From: an uncultured SAR86 cluster bacterium
GTDB lineage: Bacteria > Pseudomonadota > Gammaproteobacteria > Magnimaribacterales > D2472
DNA: 64,000 bases
NCBI GenBank assembly: GCA_902516285.1
Contig: CABXXT010000006.1
Location: forward strand, 9,780-73,779
Reading direction: 5' to 3'
Positions 42,715 through 52,657 of this stretch are shown in pieces; the stretch's first letter is position 1; every line of letters begins with the position of its first letter. The notes under the pieces are model-generated. The model was not told the DNA's origin and made no database searches. It saw only the letters and a program-made list of their open reading frames with translations. The translations under genes were made by a program, and so were the position numbers.

Positions 42715-43155
42715 TTATAGACTTAATTTTTCTTTGATATTAAGCCAAAGATCTTTTTTGGATTCTTTATTATTAGTTAATTGATTCAAGGTTGGAGCTT
42801 CTATTAGTTCTAAATCCATCATGTGATCATAAGATAAATTCCCAAATTGGATTGTGAGTTTTATTTTGTATTTTTCAAAGATTTCTTTTTTTAAATCATT
42901 TTTTGAAGAGTAAATAATTGTTTTATATACCTCGGCACCATTATCAAGCTTTGTTGAGCTTAAAATTGCTTGGACAAGCTCCTGATCTTGTTTAATAAAA
43001 TTTTCAAAAGGCTTATCAAGTAATGCTAGAATGTGCCCCTTTTGATAAAAATGAAGACTTTTTTGAGAAGATTTAGTTGACTTAGACCTTAATGAATATC
43101 TTTTAATGCCAATCTCTTTTAATATAAGATTAGTTTTTATTTCAGGAGAGAGCAT
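42715..43155 (-). CDS. Probable divergent DNA polymerase III psi subunit (HolD-like)
   Basis: N-terminal LKEIGIKRYSLR and C-terminal PTLNQLTNNKESKKDLW resemble the ends of psi; immediately upstream of rimI as in holD-rimI. Confidence 0.65.
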   Translation of the reverse strand: MLSPEIKTNLILKEIGIKRYSLRSKSTKSSQKSLHFYQKGHILALLDKPFENFIKQDQELVQAILSSTKLDNGAEVYKTIIYSSKNDLKKEIFEKYKIKLTIQFGNLSYDHMMDLELIEAPTLNQLTNNKESKKDLWLNIKEKLSL

Positions 43156-43186
43156 AAATAACATAATAACATTTAGTTTATAAACA

Positions 43187-44845
43187 ATGGATAATCCAAC
43201 TGATAAATATAGAGCTTTTGAGCCAATCAATCTTGAAAATAGACAATGGCCGAGTAGACTTATTAAAAAAGCGCCTAAATGGTGCTCTGTCGATCTAAGA
43301 GATGGTAATCAAGCACTAATTGAACCTATGGGAGCTGAGAGAAAAAATAGGATGTTTGATTTGCTTTGTAAACTTGGCTTTAAAGAAATCGAAGTTGGTT
43401 TTCCATCAGCTTCTCAAACAGATTATGATTTTGTCACAAGTCTAATTGAAAATAAGAAGATTCCTTCTGATGTCAATATTCAAGTTTTAACTCAGGCAAG
43501 AGAAGAGTTAATTAAAAAAACTTTCGAATCTCTCAAAGGCGCATCAAAAGGAATTATTCATTTTTATAACTCAACTTCAACATTACAGAGACGTGTTGTT
43601 TTTAAACAAGATAGAGAAGGCATTAAGAAAATTGCAACTAATGCTGCTAAATTAATTAAAGAATTAGCTCTTCAAAATTCTGATACCGAGTGGACATTTG
43701 AATACTCACCTGAAAGCTTTACAGGAACCGAGTTAGATTATGCAAGGGAGGTATGTGATGAAGTTGTCAGTATATTAAAATCAGCATCTAGTAATAAAAT
43801 TATAATTAACCTACCTGCAACAGTAGAAATGTCCACGCCAAATATTTATGGTGATCAAATTGAATGGATGCATAATAATTTAAAAACAAGAAATGATATT
43901 TGCCTAAGTCTTCATCCCCATAATGATAGAGGCACAGCAGTAGCTGCTTCAGAGTTTGGTTTGATGGCTGGAGCAGACAGAGTTGAGGGAACATTATTTG
44001 GAAATGGGGAGAGAACAGGTAATGTTGACATAGTAACATTAGCTTTAAATATGCTGACTCAAGGTGTTGAACCAAATCTAGACTTCTCAAACATTAACTC
44101 TGTAATGAGAGAGGTTGAATATTGTAATCAACTACCAGTTCATCCAAGGCATCCTTATGCAGGAGATCTTGTTTTTACAGCTTTTTCAGGCTCTCATCAA
44201 GATGCTATAAAAAAAGGTTTTCAGGCTATTAAACAATCAAATGATCCTCAGTGGGAGGTTCCTTATCTGCCAATTGATCCAGCAGACTTAGGGAGAAATT
44301 ATGAAGCAGTTGTTAGAATTAATTCACAGTCAGGAAAAGGTGGTGTAGCCTTTCTCTTAGAAAAAGATCATGGAGTTTCTTTGCCAAGAAGGCTCCAAAT
44401 CAGCTTAAGTCAAAAAATTCAAAAATTAGCAGATGAATCTGGAAAAGAGATAAGTAGTCCTGAAATATGGAAAACCTTTGAGGAAAATTATTTAAAACCT
44501 ATAAATAATTTTTCATATGTAAAACATTCATCAACTACTAGTGATGATATGCACTCTTTAGAACTAACTATGATAATTAATGGTAATGAGAAAAAAATAA
44601 AAGGCTCAGGGAATGGCCCAATTGATTCATTTATAAGTGGACTATCAAGCAATTTAGATATTTCAATTAAAGTTTCAGATTACCAGCAATCTGCAATATC
44701 GTCAGGATCTGATGCAAAGGCCGCTGCTTACATTGAGCTTGAAAAAGATGGTAAAACTTTCTGGGGAGTAGGAATTCATCCAAATACGACAAGAGCCTCA
44801 TTTGATGCAATTATTGTTGGTCTTAGCAAGCTTTTAGAATATTAA
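43187..44845 (+). CDS. leuA: 2-isopropylmalate synthase (yeast/Pseudomonas-type LeuA)
   Basis: WCSVDLRDGNQAL, KEIEVGFPSAS, LSLHPHNDRG, GNGERTGN, AFSGSHQDAIKK, regulatory domain GNGPID. Confidence 0.97.
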   Translation: MDNPTDKYRAFEPINLENRQWPSRLIKKAPKWCSVDLRDGNQALIEPMGAERKNRMFDLLCKLGFKEIEVGFPSASQTDYDFVTSLIENKKIPSDVNIQVLTQAREELIKKTFESLKGASKGIIHFYNSTSTLQRRVVFKQDREGIKKIATNAAKLIKELALQNSDTEWTFEYSPESFTGTELDYAREVCDEVVSILKSASSNKIIINLPATVEMSTPNIYGDQIEWMHNNLKTRNDICLSLHPHNDRGTAVAASEFGLMAGADRVEGTLFGNGERTGNVDIVTLALNMLTQGVEPNLDFSNINSVMREVEYCNQLPVHPRHPYAGDLVFTAFSGSHQDAIKKGFQAIKQSNDPQWEVPYLPIDPADLGRNYEAVVRINSQSGKGGVAFLLEKDHGVSLPRRLQISLSQKIQKLADESGKEISSPEIWKTFEENYLKPINNFSYVKHSSTTSDDMHSLELTMIINGNEKKIKGSGNGPIDSFISGLSSNLDISIKVSDYQQSAISSGSDAKAAAYIELEKDGKTFWGVGIHPNTTRASFDAIIVGLSKLLEY

Positions 44846-45615
44846 TCAAAATTTGGCTCTCTTTTTTCAAAAAAAGCTTTTACAGCTTCTCTGTTTTGAT
44901 CACTTGTCGTTAGTTCATTCTGAATATCTGCTTCATTATGAAAAGTATCCCAATATCCCTCTGACAATGATTTTCTCATAAGTATTTTTGTATGATTCAA
45001 TGATTGAGATGATCTTTTTGCCAATTTACTTGCCCACTCATAAGTTTTAGATTCAAGATCATCATTTGATACGATCTTATTTGCAATTCCGAACTTATAA
45101 CACTCTTCAGCACTAATTTTTTTTGCTTCAATTGCATATTCATAAGCTTTTGAGAAACCCATATATTTTGGTAAATACCATGATAAGCCTCCATCTGGAA
45201 CTAAAGCAATATTGGAAAATACTGAAATAATATAGCTATCCTCTGACATTATCCTCAAGTCACAAGACAAAGCTATTGCAGCACCCACTCCAGCTGCTGG
45301 TCCTGAAATTGATCCAATTACTGGCTTAGGCATATTTATGATATTTTCAAAAAAAGGTTTATAACCTCTTAAAAGAGCATCCTTTGAGCCTTCCCAACTT
45401 GAATCTCTTTCACCTAAATCTGCACCAGAAGAAAAACCTCTTCCTGAGCCCTTAAGAATAACTACTTTAATTGTTTCATCATTCTTTGCATCATTTGTTA
45501 CTCTTTGAAAATCCCAAATTAGTTGTTCATTAAAAGCATTTAACAAATTTGGTCGATTTAATACAATTGTTGCAAGGTTATTTTCTTTTATATATTGGAT
45601 TGTCTCTAGGTCCAT
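44842..45615 (-). CDS. Enoyl-CoA hydratase/isomerase family protein
   Basis: LNRPNLLNAF, FSSGADL, PKPVI-GPAAGVG, LVPDGG, FFEKREPNF. Confidence 0.92.
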   Translation of the reverse strand: MDLETIQYIKENNLATIVLNRPNLLNAFNEQLIWDFQRVTNDAKNDETIKVVILKGSGRGFSSGADLGERDSSWEGSKDALLRGYKPFFENIINMPKPVIGSISGPAAGVGAAIALSCDLRIMSEDSYIISVFSNIALVPDGGLSWYLPKYMGFSKAYEYAIEAKKISAEECYKFGIANKIVSNDDLESKTYEWASKLAKRSSQSLNHTKILMRKSLSEGYWDTFHNEADIQNELTTSDQNREAVKAFFEKREPNFD

Positions 45616-45627
45616 ATTTGCTCCTAT

Positions 45628-46584
45628 TTATTTAGAGGATATTAGAATTTTACCTTTTTGAAAAGTTACCTTACCAGGTTTTTCAGCATTGTCTGCTCTT
45701 GACCATGTTACTTCAGATTTTGGTCCAGGATTTGAATCAATAAAAGTTTTTAAAATTTCATCCAATATTTTTTTGTTTGGAACCGCTAAATTAGATTTCT
45801 TAATTGAAAGCCTTAAGATATCTTTTATGATTGATCTTGGAATTTCCTTTAAACTTCTTACTGAAATAGTACTGCCAATTAACTTTTTGTATTCAGTTTC
45901 TAACAAAGACTTATATGAATAATTTCTATCCTTCATTATTTGTGAAGTCTGAAAAATTCTTTCAGAGAAACTGGGCCATCTAGATTCGATTAATGGAAAA
46001 ATTTTATTTCTTAGTAAATTCCTATCAAAGGTATTATCAGAATTTGAGTCATCTTTAATATACTTAATATTATTATTTTTAAGATATTTAAGTATTTCTT
46101 TTTTTGAAACTTCTAGTAATGGTCTTATTAGAACACCATCCCCAATTGGCCTTTTGCTGGGTGGTCCCTCAAGTCCGTCAGCTCCTGTTCCTCTAAGCAA
46201 TCTTAATACAATTGTTTCGGACACATCATCAAGATGATGGCCCATTAAAAGCTGCGAATCTTTTGACAAAACGGTTTCAAATACTTTATATCTTTTATTT
46301 CGAGCTTCAGACTCTAGCCCTCCTCTATTCGAGTAAACCTTTACTGACTTTGTAATTAAATTAATACCTAAAGATGAGCAAACCTCATTGCAATGCTTTT
46401 CCCATTTTTTGGAATCTTTTGAGAGGTTATGATTTACATGAATAGCTTCAACATTTAATTTATTTGAACTCATCAGATCAGCAAAGATATGAATTAATGC
46501 TGTGGAGTCTGGACCACCACTATAAGCAATATATATTTTCTTTTGTAAGTCAATTAGATCTTCAATTTTATCCCTTGAAAGCAA
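45628..46584 (-). CDS. tilS: tRNA(Ile)-lysidine synthetase, short form (318 aa)
   Basis: AYSGGPDS, HVNH, ARNKRY, HHLDD-ET, IRPLL, DDSN-RN. Confidence 0.93.
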   Translation of the reverse strand: MLSRDKIEDLIDLQKKIYIAYSGGPDSTALIHIFADLMSSNKLNVEAIHVNHNLSKDSKKWEKHCNEVCSSLGINLITKSVKVYSNRGGLESEARNKRYKVFETVLSKDSQLLMGHHLDDVSETIVLRLLRGTGADGLEGPPSKRPIGDGVLIRPLLEVSKKEILKYLKNNNIKYIKDDSNSDNTFDRNLLRNKIFPLIESRWPSFSERIFQTSQIMKDRNYSYKSLLETEYKKLIGSTISVRSLKEIPRSIIKDILRLSIKKSNLAVPNKKILDEILKTFIDSNPGPKSEVTWSRADNAEKPGKVTFQKGKILISSK

Positions 46585-46586
46585 CT

Positions 46587-47534
46587 TTATGATCCGATAC
46601 TTAAAATTCTTTTGTATCTTCTCTCTAGTAAATCTTCAATCGATAACTTATTCAAAATAGATAGATTTCTAATTAGCGAACCTTTGATGTTTTCTGACAT
46701 TAGATCGTAATCTCTATGCGCTCCACCAAGCGGTTCTTGTATGATTTCATCAACAATATTAATCTTTTTTAATTCTGATGATGATACTTTCATAGCTTCA
46801 GCAGCATCAGGTGCTTTTTCTGATGATCTCCAAATTATAGATGCGCAAGCTTCCGGTGATGCTACAGAATAAATTGAATACTCAAGCATAGAAAGATGAT
46901 CACCAACACTTATTGCAAGAGCTCCACCAGAGCCACCTTCTCCAGATACTATAACTAATATGGGAGTCTTTAGTTCAGACATAGTAGCTAAATTTCTAGC
47001 AATAGCTTCACTTTGACACCTTTCTTCCCCCTCTACGCCAGGATAGGCGCCAGCAGTATCAACAAAAGTTACAACTGGTAAAGAGAATTGTTCTGCAAGG
47101 TTCATAAGTCGCTTTGCTTTTCTGTAGCCTTCAGGGTTTGTCATTCCAAAATTTCTTTTGACTTTTTCATCAGTATCTCTTCCTTTCTCATGACCAATCA
47201 CCATTACAGGAATATTTTCCAACAAACCAATACCTCCAATTATCGAAGCATCATCTCCAAATTGTCTGTCTCCATGAAGTTCATCGAAGTCATCAAATAT
47301 CCTTTTTATATAATCTGATGTATGAGGCCTATTTGGATGTCGAGCAACTTGAACAATCTGCCATGTATCAAGTTTAGAATATATTTTTTTTGTTAAAGAC
47401 TTATTCTCTTTTTCGAGATTTAATATTTCATTGTTTAATGATGGAGAATCTATTGCAGCTGCCCTCAAAGCACTAAGCTTTTGAGCTAACTCCTTAATAG
47501 GCTCTTCAAAGTTTAAAAATTTTTCTTCTTCCAT
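46587..47534 (-). CDS. accA: Acetyl-CoA carboxylase carboxyltransferase alpha
   Basis: ARHPNRP, LHGDR, PEGYRKA, DTAGAYPG, GEGGSGGALA. Confidence 0.97.
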   Translation of the reverse strand: MEEEKFLNFEEPIKELAQKLSALRAAAIDSPSLNNEILNLEKENKSLTKKIYSKLDTWQIVQVARHPNRPHTSDYIKRIFDDFDELHGDRQFGDDASIIGGIGLLENIPVMVIGHEKGRDTDEKVKRNFGMTNPEGYRKAKRLMNLAEQFSLPVVTFVDTAGAYPGVEGEERCQSEAIARNLATMSELKTPILVIVSGEGGSGGALAISVGDHLSMLEYSIYSVASPEACASIIWRSSEKAPDAAEAMKVSSSELKKINIVDEIIQEPLGGAHRDYDLMSENIKGSLIRNLSILNKLSIEDLLERRYKRILSIGS

Positions 47535-47565
47535 TTTAATTTTTCTGAGAATTTATTTTTAGCGT

Positions 47566-50500
47566 CTACAATTCTAGAACATTTTTACCAAAAATATCTT
47601 CAAGAATGAATAAGTTTTTTATTGATGGTCTAAATTTAAAATTTTCTCCTAAATCTATTATAGCCTCTGACAAACCTGTATTTACTCTAACATTTAGTTT
47701 ACATGATCCATCAAGCCAAAATTCCTTATCAATTTTCTCTAATTTATTTGAAAAATCTTCTAGAGATACTGCTGAAGATTTTTCAATATCAATTGTAGCT
47801 TCTTCGATCTTTTTTACTAATTCGTTATCAATATTTTCTGCTTCTCTTACTCTCATTCTAAACATCAAAGCTCCGATATCGTTGGTTTTATAATCATCCA
47901 CTTCGATATTACCTTTAAGGCAAACAATTTGACCCTCTTTGAGGATATCATGACATTTTTCAAGGACTTCACTTCCTACTATACCGTCCATTGTTCCTGT
48001 TCCATCATCAAAGTTTACAAAAGTAAGAGGTTTTCCCTGCCTATCCTTAATTTGTCTTACATTATTAAGCAAACATACAATTGAGGCTTTTTTAGTATCG
48101 TTACTTAATTGATTTATTTTCTTTGAGCTTATTTTTGTAATCTTATTTTTTAAAGCAATAACTGGATGTCCAGATAGATAATATCCTAGAGATTTTTTTT
48201 CTAAATCTAATTTATCACTTAGGGTTAATTTTTGAATATTTTTATATTTCTCGTATGGATCAAAACTTTCCTGTTGTGATGAGAAAAGATCACCGCTCTT
48301 AAAATTTCTGTCATTGACAACATCTTTTAACATATCTGAGACACATGCTATTGAAATACTTCTCGAGGGAGCAATTTCATCAAATGCTCCTGATTGAGAT
48401 AGCGCTTCTAATGATTTTTTTCCACCAAGCTTGATATCAACTTTCTTTGAAAAATCCCACAAATCATTAAAATTATTTTTTTTTCTAATCTCGCACAAGT
48501 GCTTGATGAATATATCTGCCACTCCTTTAATTGCTCCTAAACCATATTCAATATTGGAATCTTGATTTACTAAAAATCTTTTTGTACTTGTTAAAATGTT
48601 TGGTTTTAATACCTTGATGCCAAGTCTTTCACATTCTTGTTTTAATGCATAAATTTTATCTGTATTACCAAGTTCCGATGACATAGCTGCTGCCATAAAA
48701 TGTTCAGGAAAATATGTCTTTAAATATGCAGTTTGATAGGATATTAGAGCGTATGCTGCTGAGTGAGATTTATTAAACCCATATTCTGCGAATTGGTTTA
48801 TCAAGTCAAATATTTGCTCTGCATTTTTTGATTTTATTCCGTTTTTCTCACAACCCTTTACAAAAATCTCTCTTTGTTCTTCCATTTCTTCTTTCTTCTT
48901 TTTACCCATCGCTCTTCTTAAAATATCTGCTTGACCAAGTGAAAAACCAGCAAGTACTCTTGCTGCCTCCATCACCTGTTCTTGATAAACAATTACTCCA
49001 TATGTTTCATCTAAAACAGATTCTAAAAGTTTGTGTGGATACGTAACTGGACTAACTCCATGTTTTCTATCCACAAACTCATCATGCATTCCTGAATTTA
49101 AAGGCCCAGGTCTATAAAGAGCAAGAAGTGCGGTAATTTCCTCAAACTTTGTGGGCTTTAGTCTTTTAATTAAATCTCTCATACCTGCCGACTCTAACTG
49201 AAATATTGCCATTGTCTTTCCAGACGAAAGTAGATCAAAAACTTTTGAATCATCTAAAGGTATGGAGTCAATATTAAAATTGTCTTTATCTTTATTTGAA
49301 TCATTTATTGACTTAACTGCCCTATCAATAACTGTTAAAGTACGTAATCCTAAAAAATCAAATTTCACTAACCCAATTTTTTCAACATCATCTTTGTCAT
49401 ATTGTGTCATTACTGATTCAGACTGACGATCAACATAAACTGGGCAGAAATCTGAGATACTTCCAGGCGCTATAACCACACCTCCCGCATGTTTACCAAC
49501 ATTTCTTGCAATGCCTTCTAACTTATATGACAAGTTAACAATTTCTCTCACCTCAGAATCATTCTTTATTGATTGAGCAAATAAAGGTTGATCAGCTTTT
49601 GCTTTATCAAGAGTCATACCAGGAGAAAAGGGTATCATTTTAGAAATTCTATCACCTAGCGCATATGGCTTACCAAGAGCTCTTGCAACATCTCTAACAA
49701 CAGCTCTTGCAGCCATAGTTCCAAATGTAGCAATTTGAGAAACAGCATCGGACCCATATTTATTACTCACGTAATCTATAACCTGGTCTCTTTTTTCCAT
49801 ACAAAAGTCGATGTCAAAATCAGGCATCGATAGTCTTTCAGGATTTAGAAATCTCTCAAATAACAATCCATGATCGATTGGATCTAAGGTTGTTATACCT
49901 AATGCAAAAGCAACCAACGAACCTGCTCCAGAGCCTCTTCCAGGACCAACAGGAACATCATTATTTTTTGACCACTTTATGAAATCATAAACAATTAAAA
50001 AATAACTCGAAAAACCCATATTTTTTATTTGATCTAACTCGTATTTTAGCCTTGTCTTATAGTCTTCTTTACTATCCTTGGCAAAACCTTTGATATATTT
50101 TTCTAGTCTTTCATGAGCAAGTTCATTCAGATATGAGTCAAAATTATGTTCTTTTGGAACGGGATACTCGGGTAAAAAATATCCCTTTGTCTTTAAAGAA
50201 ACATTACATTTCTTAGCTACTTCATTAGTATTGTCAATTAGACATGAAAAGTCTTTGAATAATCCAATCATTTCTTTGGGTGATTTAAAATACTGCTCAT
50301 CAGAAAAATATTTTTCACGATTTGGATCATTCAATGTCTTACCTGTATTAATGCAAACTTTTGTTTCATGAGTCTCATAATCATCTTTGGATGAGAATAA
50401 AATGTCGTTTGTGGCTATAACAGGGATTCCTTTTTCAACAGATAATGGAATAACATTTTTAAAATAATCAAACTCATCAATTCTATTTGTTTTTTGAACT

Positions 50501-50997
50501 TCTAAAAGAAAATCTTCATCAAAAGCTTTTCTAAAAACTTCTATCTTTTTATTTGCCTCATCAATATTATCTCGCCTTAGATATTCGTATATGTGACTAC
50601 CCTTACCACCTGAAATCACAACAATATCATCTTTAAGTTGGGATAAGTTTTCAAATTGAATAATTGGAGTATTGAAAGAACTATTACTATGAGCAGTAGA
50701 AATTATTTTCATTAAATTTTTGTGACCATCATTAGTTTTTGCTAGACAAAGAACTTCAAATGAGCTTTCATCCTCATTAAATATTAATTGAATAGAGGCG
50801 CCCGATATTGGTTTTATTCCAGCCGATTCACATTTATTAAAGAATTTAACCAAGCCAAACATGTTAGATTTATCTGTAAGTGCTACTGAAGGAACTTCAA
50901 AACGAGATGCATTCTCAACGATTTGATCAATTGTTAAAAGGCCTTGCGTAATGCTGTACTCTGATGAAACTCTCAAATGTGAAAAAGTTTGACTCAA
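47566..50997 (-). CDS. dnaE: DNA polymerase III alpha subunit
   Basis: PHP domain, GPGRGSGAGS, FERFLNPER-SMPDFDIDF, KFDFLGL, YGFNKSHS, OB fold. Confidence 0.98.
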   Translation of the reverse strand: MSQTFSHLRVSSEYSITQGLLTIDQIVENASRFEVPSVALTDKSNMFGLVKFFNKCESAGIKPISGASIQLIFNEDESSFEVLCLAKTNDGHKNLMKIISTAHSNSSFNTPIIQFENLSQLKDDIVVISGGKGSHIYEYLRRDNIDEANKKIEVFRKAFDEDFLLEVQKTNRIDEFDYFKNVIPLSVEKGIPVIATNDILFSSKDDYETHETKVCINTGKTLNDPNREKYFSDEQYFKSPKEMIGLFKDFSCLIDNTNEVAKKCNVSLKTKGYFLPEYPVPKEHNFDSYLNELAHERLEKYIKGFAKDSKEDYKTRLKYELDQIKNMGFSSYFLIVYDFIKWSKNNDVPVGPGRGSGAGSLVAFALGITTLDPIDHGLLFERFLNPERLSMPDFDIDFCMEKRDQVIDYVSNKYGSDAVSQIATFGTMAARAVVRDVARALGKPYALGDRISKMIPFSPGMTLDKAKADQPLFAQSIKNDSEVREIVNLSYKLEGIARNVGKHAGGVVIAPGSISDFCPVYVDRQSESVMTQYDKDDVEKIGLVKFDFLGLRTLTVIDRAVKSINDSNKDKDNFNIDSIPLDDSKVFDLLSSGKTMAIFQLESAGMRDLIKRLKPTKFEEITALLALYRPGPLNSGMHDEFVDRKHGVSPVTYPHKLLESVLDETYGVIVYQEQVMEAARVLAGFSLGQADILRRAMGKKKKEEMEEQREIFVKGCEKNGIKSKNAEQIFDLINQFAEYGFNKSHSAAYALISYQTAYLKTYFPEHFMAAAMSSELGNTDKIYALKQECERLGIKVLKPNILTSTKRFLVNQDSNIEYGLGAIKGVADIFIKHLCEIRKKNNFNDLWDFSKKVDIKLGGKKSLEALSQSGAFDEIAPSRSISIACVSDMLKDVVNDRNFKSGDLFSSQQESFDPYEKYKNIQKLTLSDKLDLEKKSLGYYLSGHPVIALKNKITKISSKKINQLSNDTKKASIVCLLNNVRQIKDRQGKPLTFVNFDDGTGTMDGIVGSEVLEKCHDILKEGQIVCLKGNIEVDDYKTNDIGALMFRMRVREAENIDNELVKKIEEATIDIEKSSAVSLEDFSNKLEKIDKEFWLDGSCKLNVRVNTGLSEAIIDLGENFKFRPSIKNLFILEDIFGKNVLEL

Positions 50998-51542
50998 CTT
51001 AAGACTCCGTTGAAAGATTTTCTATGTATAACAGAATACTTATTATTCTTTAAAGCCTCTAAATGATCTCTAGTTCCATAGCCTTTATTTTTATCGAGAT
51101 TAAACTTTGTATATTTTTTACTATATTCAATCATTAAATTATCCCTGTAAACTTTTGCAATTATTGATGCCGCACTAATTTCAGAATGTTTTGAATCCCC
51201 ACCAATTACAGCCATCATTTGAGTCTTTAAATTAGGTTTAAATTTACCATCAACCAAAATCATATTGGGTTTAATTGGTAAATTAAGTATAGCTCTTTTC
51301 ATTGCTAACAAAGAAGCATTATGAATATTAATTTCATCTATTTCATGATGAGATGCTGAGCCAATAGCAAAGTAAGAATTTTTTTTTATTTTATTTGAAA
51401 GTTCGATTCTTTTTTTTTCAGGAATCTTTTTTGAATCTTTTAAGCCCTCGATATCTTTTTTTAAAATTACTGCTGCTGCAATAACTGGTCCTGCAAGAGC
51501 TCCTCTGCCAACCTCATCCACTCCAGCAATATTGTTGTTCAA
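50994..51542 (-). CDS. rnhB: Ribonuclease HII
   Basis: AGVDEVGRGALAGPV, DSKK, VDG, ISAASIIAKV, KGYGT, HRKSF. Confidence 0.96.
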   Translation of the reverse strand: MNNNIAGVDEVGRGALAGPVIAAAVILKKDIEGLKDSKKIPEKKRIELSNKIKKNSYFAIGSASHHEIDEINIHNASLLAMKRAILNLPIKPNMILVDGKFKPNLKTQMMAVIGGDSKHSEISAASIIAKVYRDNLMIEYSKKYTKFNLDKNKGYGTRDHLEALKNNKYSVIHRKSFNGVLS

Positions 51543-52657
51543 ATTTCTAGAATTAATTTAGAAGCACTTGCAAAGCCTTCTCCAGAAAGTTTCTCTTTAA
51601 GCTCATTTTGAATCTGTTTCATTTTTGGAGTAATCTGGTTAATCTCTTTTACAGCTTGTAACAAATTTTTTTGATTACATTGATTTTGAACAAGTTCAGG
51701 AAAAACGGCGTCTTCTAACAACAAATTTGGCAAGCCTATATTTTGAACTTTTAACATTCTAGAGATAATAAAATAATTTACAGGATTAGTTTTGTAGCAA
51801 ATTATTGGAGGACATCCAATAACAGCTGACTCCAAAGATGCAGTGCCTGATGTTACTAGAGAAAATTCTGATATAGAAAGAAATTCATTAATAGCAAAAG
51901 GTTTTACAACTACATTTTTTAGAGATTTCGTCATTTCACGAATTTTATTACATAGCTTTTTACTGCTTGCCGGAATCAAATAAACTGTTTCAGGATTAAG
52001 CATAGAGTAGTTTTCAATAAATTTTATATATGTCGTAAGCATATATTTTAATTCTGATTCTCTGCTTCCAGGAAGAATAGATATATATTTTTTATTATGA
52101 TCAAGTAAATATTTATCAAATATGTCTTTTTTAGTAGCTTTTTCTATAGTGTAAAACGGGTGTCCTAAATGAATACTTTTATGATTTATTTTTTTATAGA
52201 ATTCATGTTCAAAATGGAACAAACAAAGTGTTAAATCTATAAATTTCTTTATAAACTTAGTTCTATTTTGTCTCCAGGCCCAAACAGATGGACTAACGAG
52301 TTGTATATTTTTACATATATTTTTTTCTTTTAGAGACTTATGAATCTTTATATTAAAGTCTGGAGAATCAATACCAATAAATAAATCAACTTTACTGTTT
52401 ATAAATGATTCTGTTAATTTCTTTCTTCTCTTAGACAGATTTCTATAATTAAGAATTGGATCTACTATTCCCATTATTTGTAACTCTTCGTAATTAAATT
52501 GAGAATTTAAACCCAGACTTTCTAATTTTGGTCCACCAACACCATATAATTGAATGTCTTTATGTTTTTTTAATTCGCTAATAAGGTTGGCTCCTAATGC
52601 ATCTCCAGAGTGCTCACCACAAACAATTCCGATCTTTATAGGACTGTCTGTAATCAC
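51539..52657 (-). CDS. lpxB: Lipid-A-disaccharide synthase
   Basis: GEHSGD, GIDSPDFN, VSPSVWAWR, LPGSR, SGTASLE, PELVQ. Confidence 0.95.
   Translation of the reverse strand: MITDSPIKIGIVCGEHSGDALGANLISELKKHKDIQLYGVGGPKLESLGLNSQFNYEELQIMGIVDPILNYRNLSKRRKKLTESFINSKVDLFIGIDSPDFNIKIHKSLKEKNICKNIQLVSPSVWAWRQNRTKFIKKFIDLTLCLFHFEHEFYKKINHKSIHLGHPFYTIEKATKKDIFDKYLLDHNKKYISILPGSRESELKYMLTTYIKFIENYSMLNPETVYLIPASSKKLCNKIREMTKSLKNVVVKPFAINEFLSISEFSLVTSGTASLESAVIGCPPIICYKTNPVNYFIISRMLKVQNIGLPNLLLEDAVFPELVQNQCNQKNLLQAVKEINQITPKMKQIQNELKEKLSGEGFASASKLILEI

Noticed and set aside
43156-43230. N-terminal extension of the holD-like ORF (track start 43230)
   Set aside because: It would overlap leuA head-to-head; the psi-like motif begins just after ATG 43155
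50700-50997. Degenerate PHP metal ligands in DnaE (HLRVSSEYSITQG)
   Set aside because: Loss of PHP metal ligands is already known in proteobacterial DnaE, so it is not clearly novel
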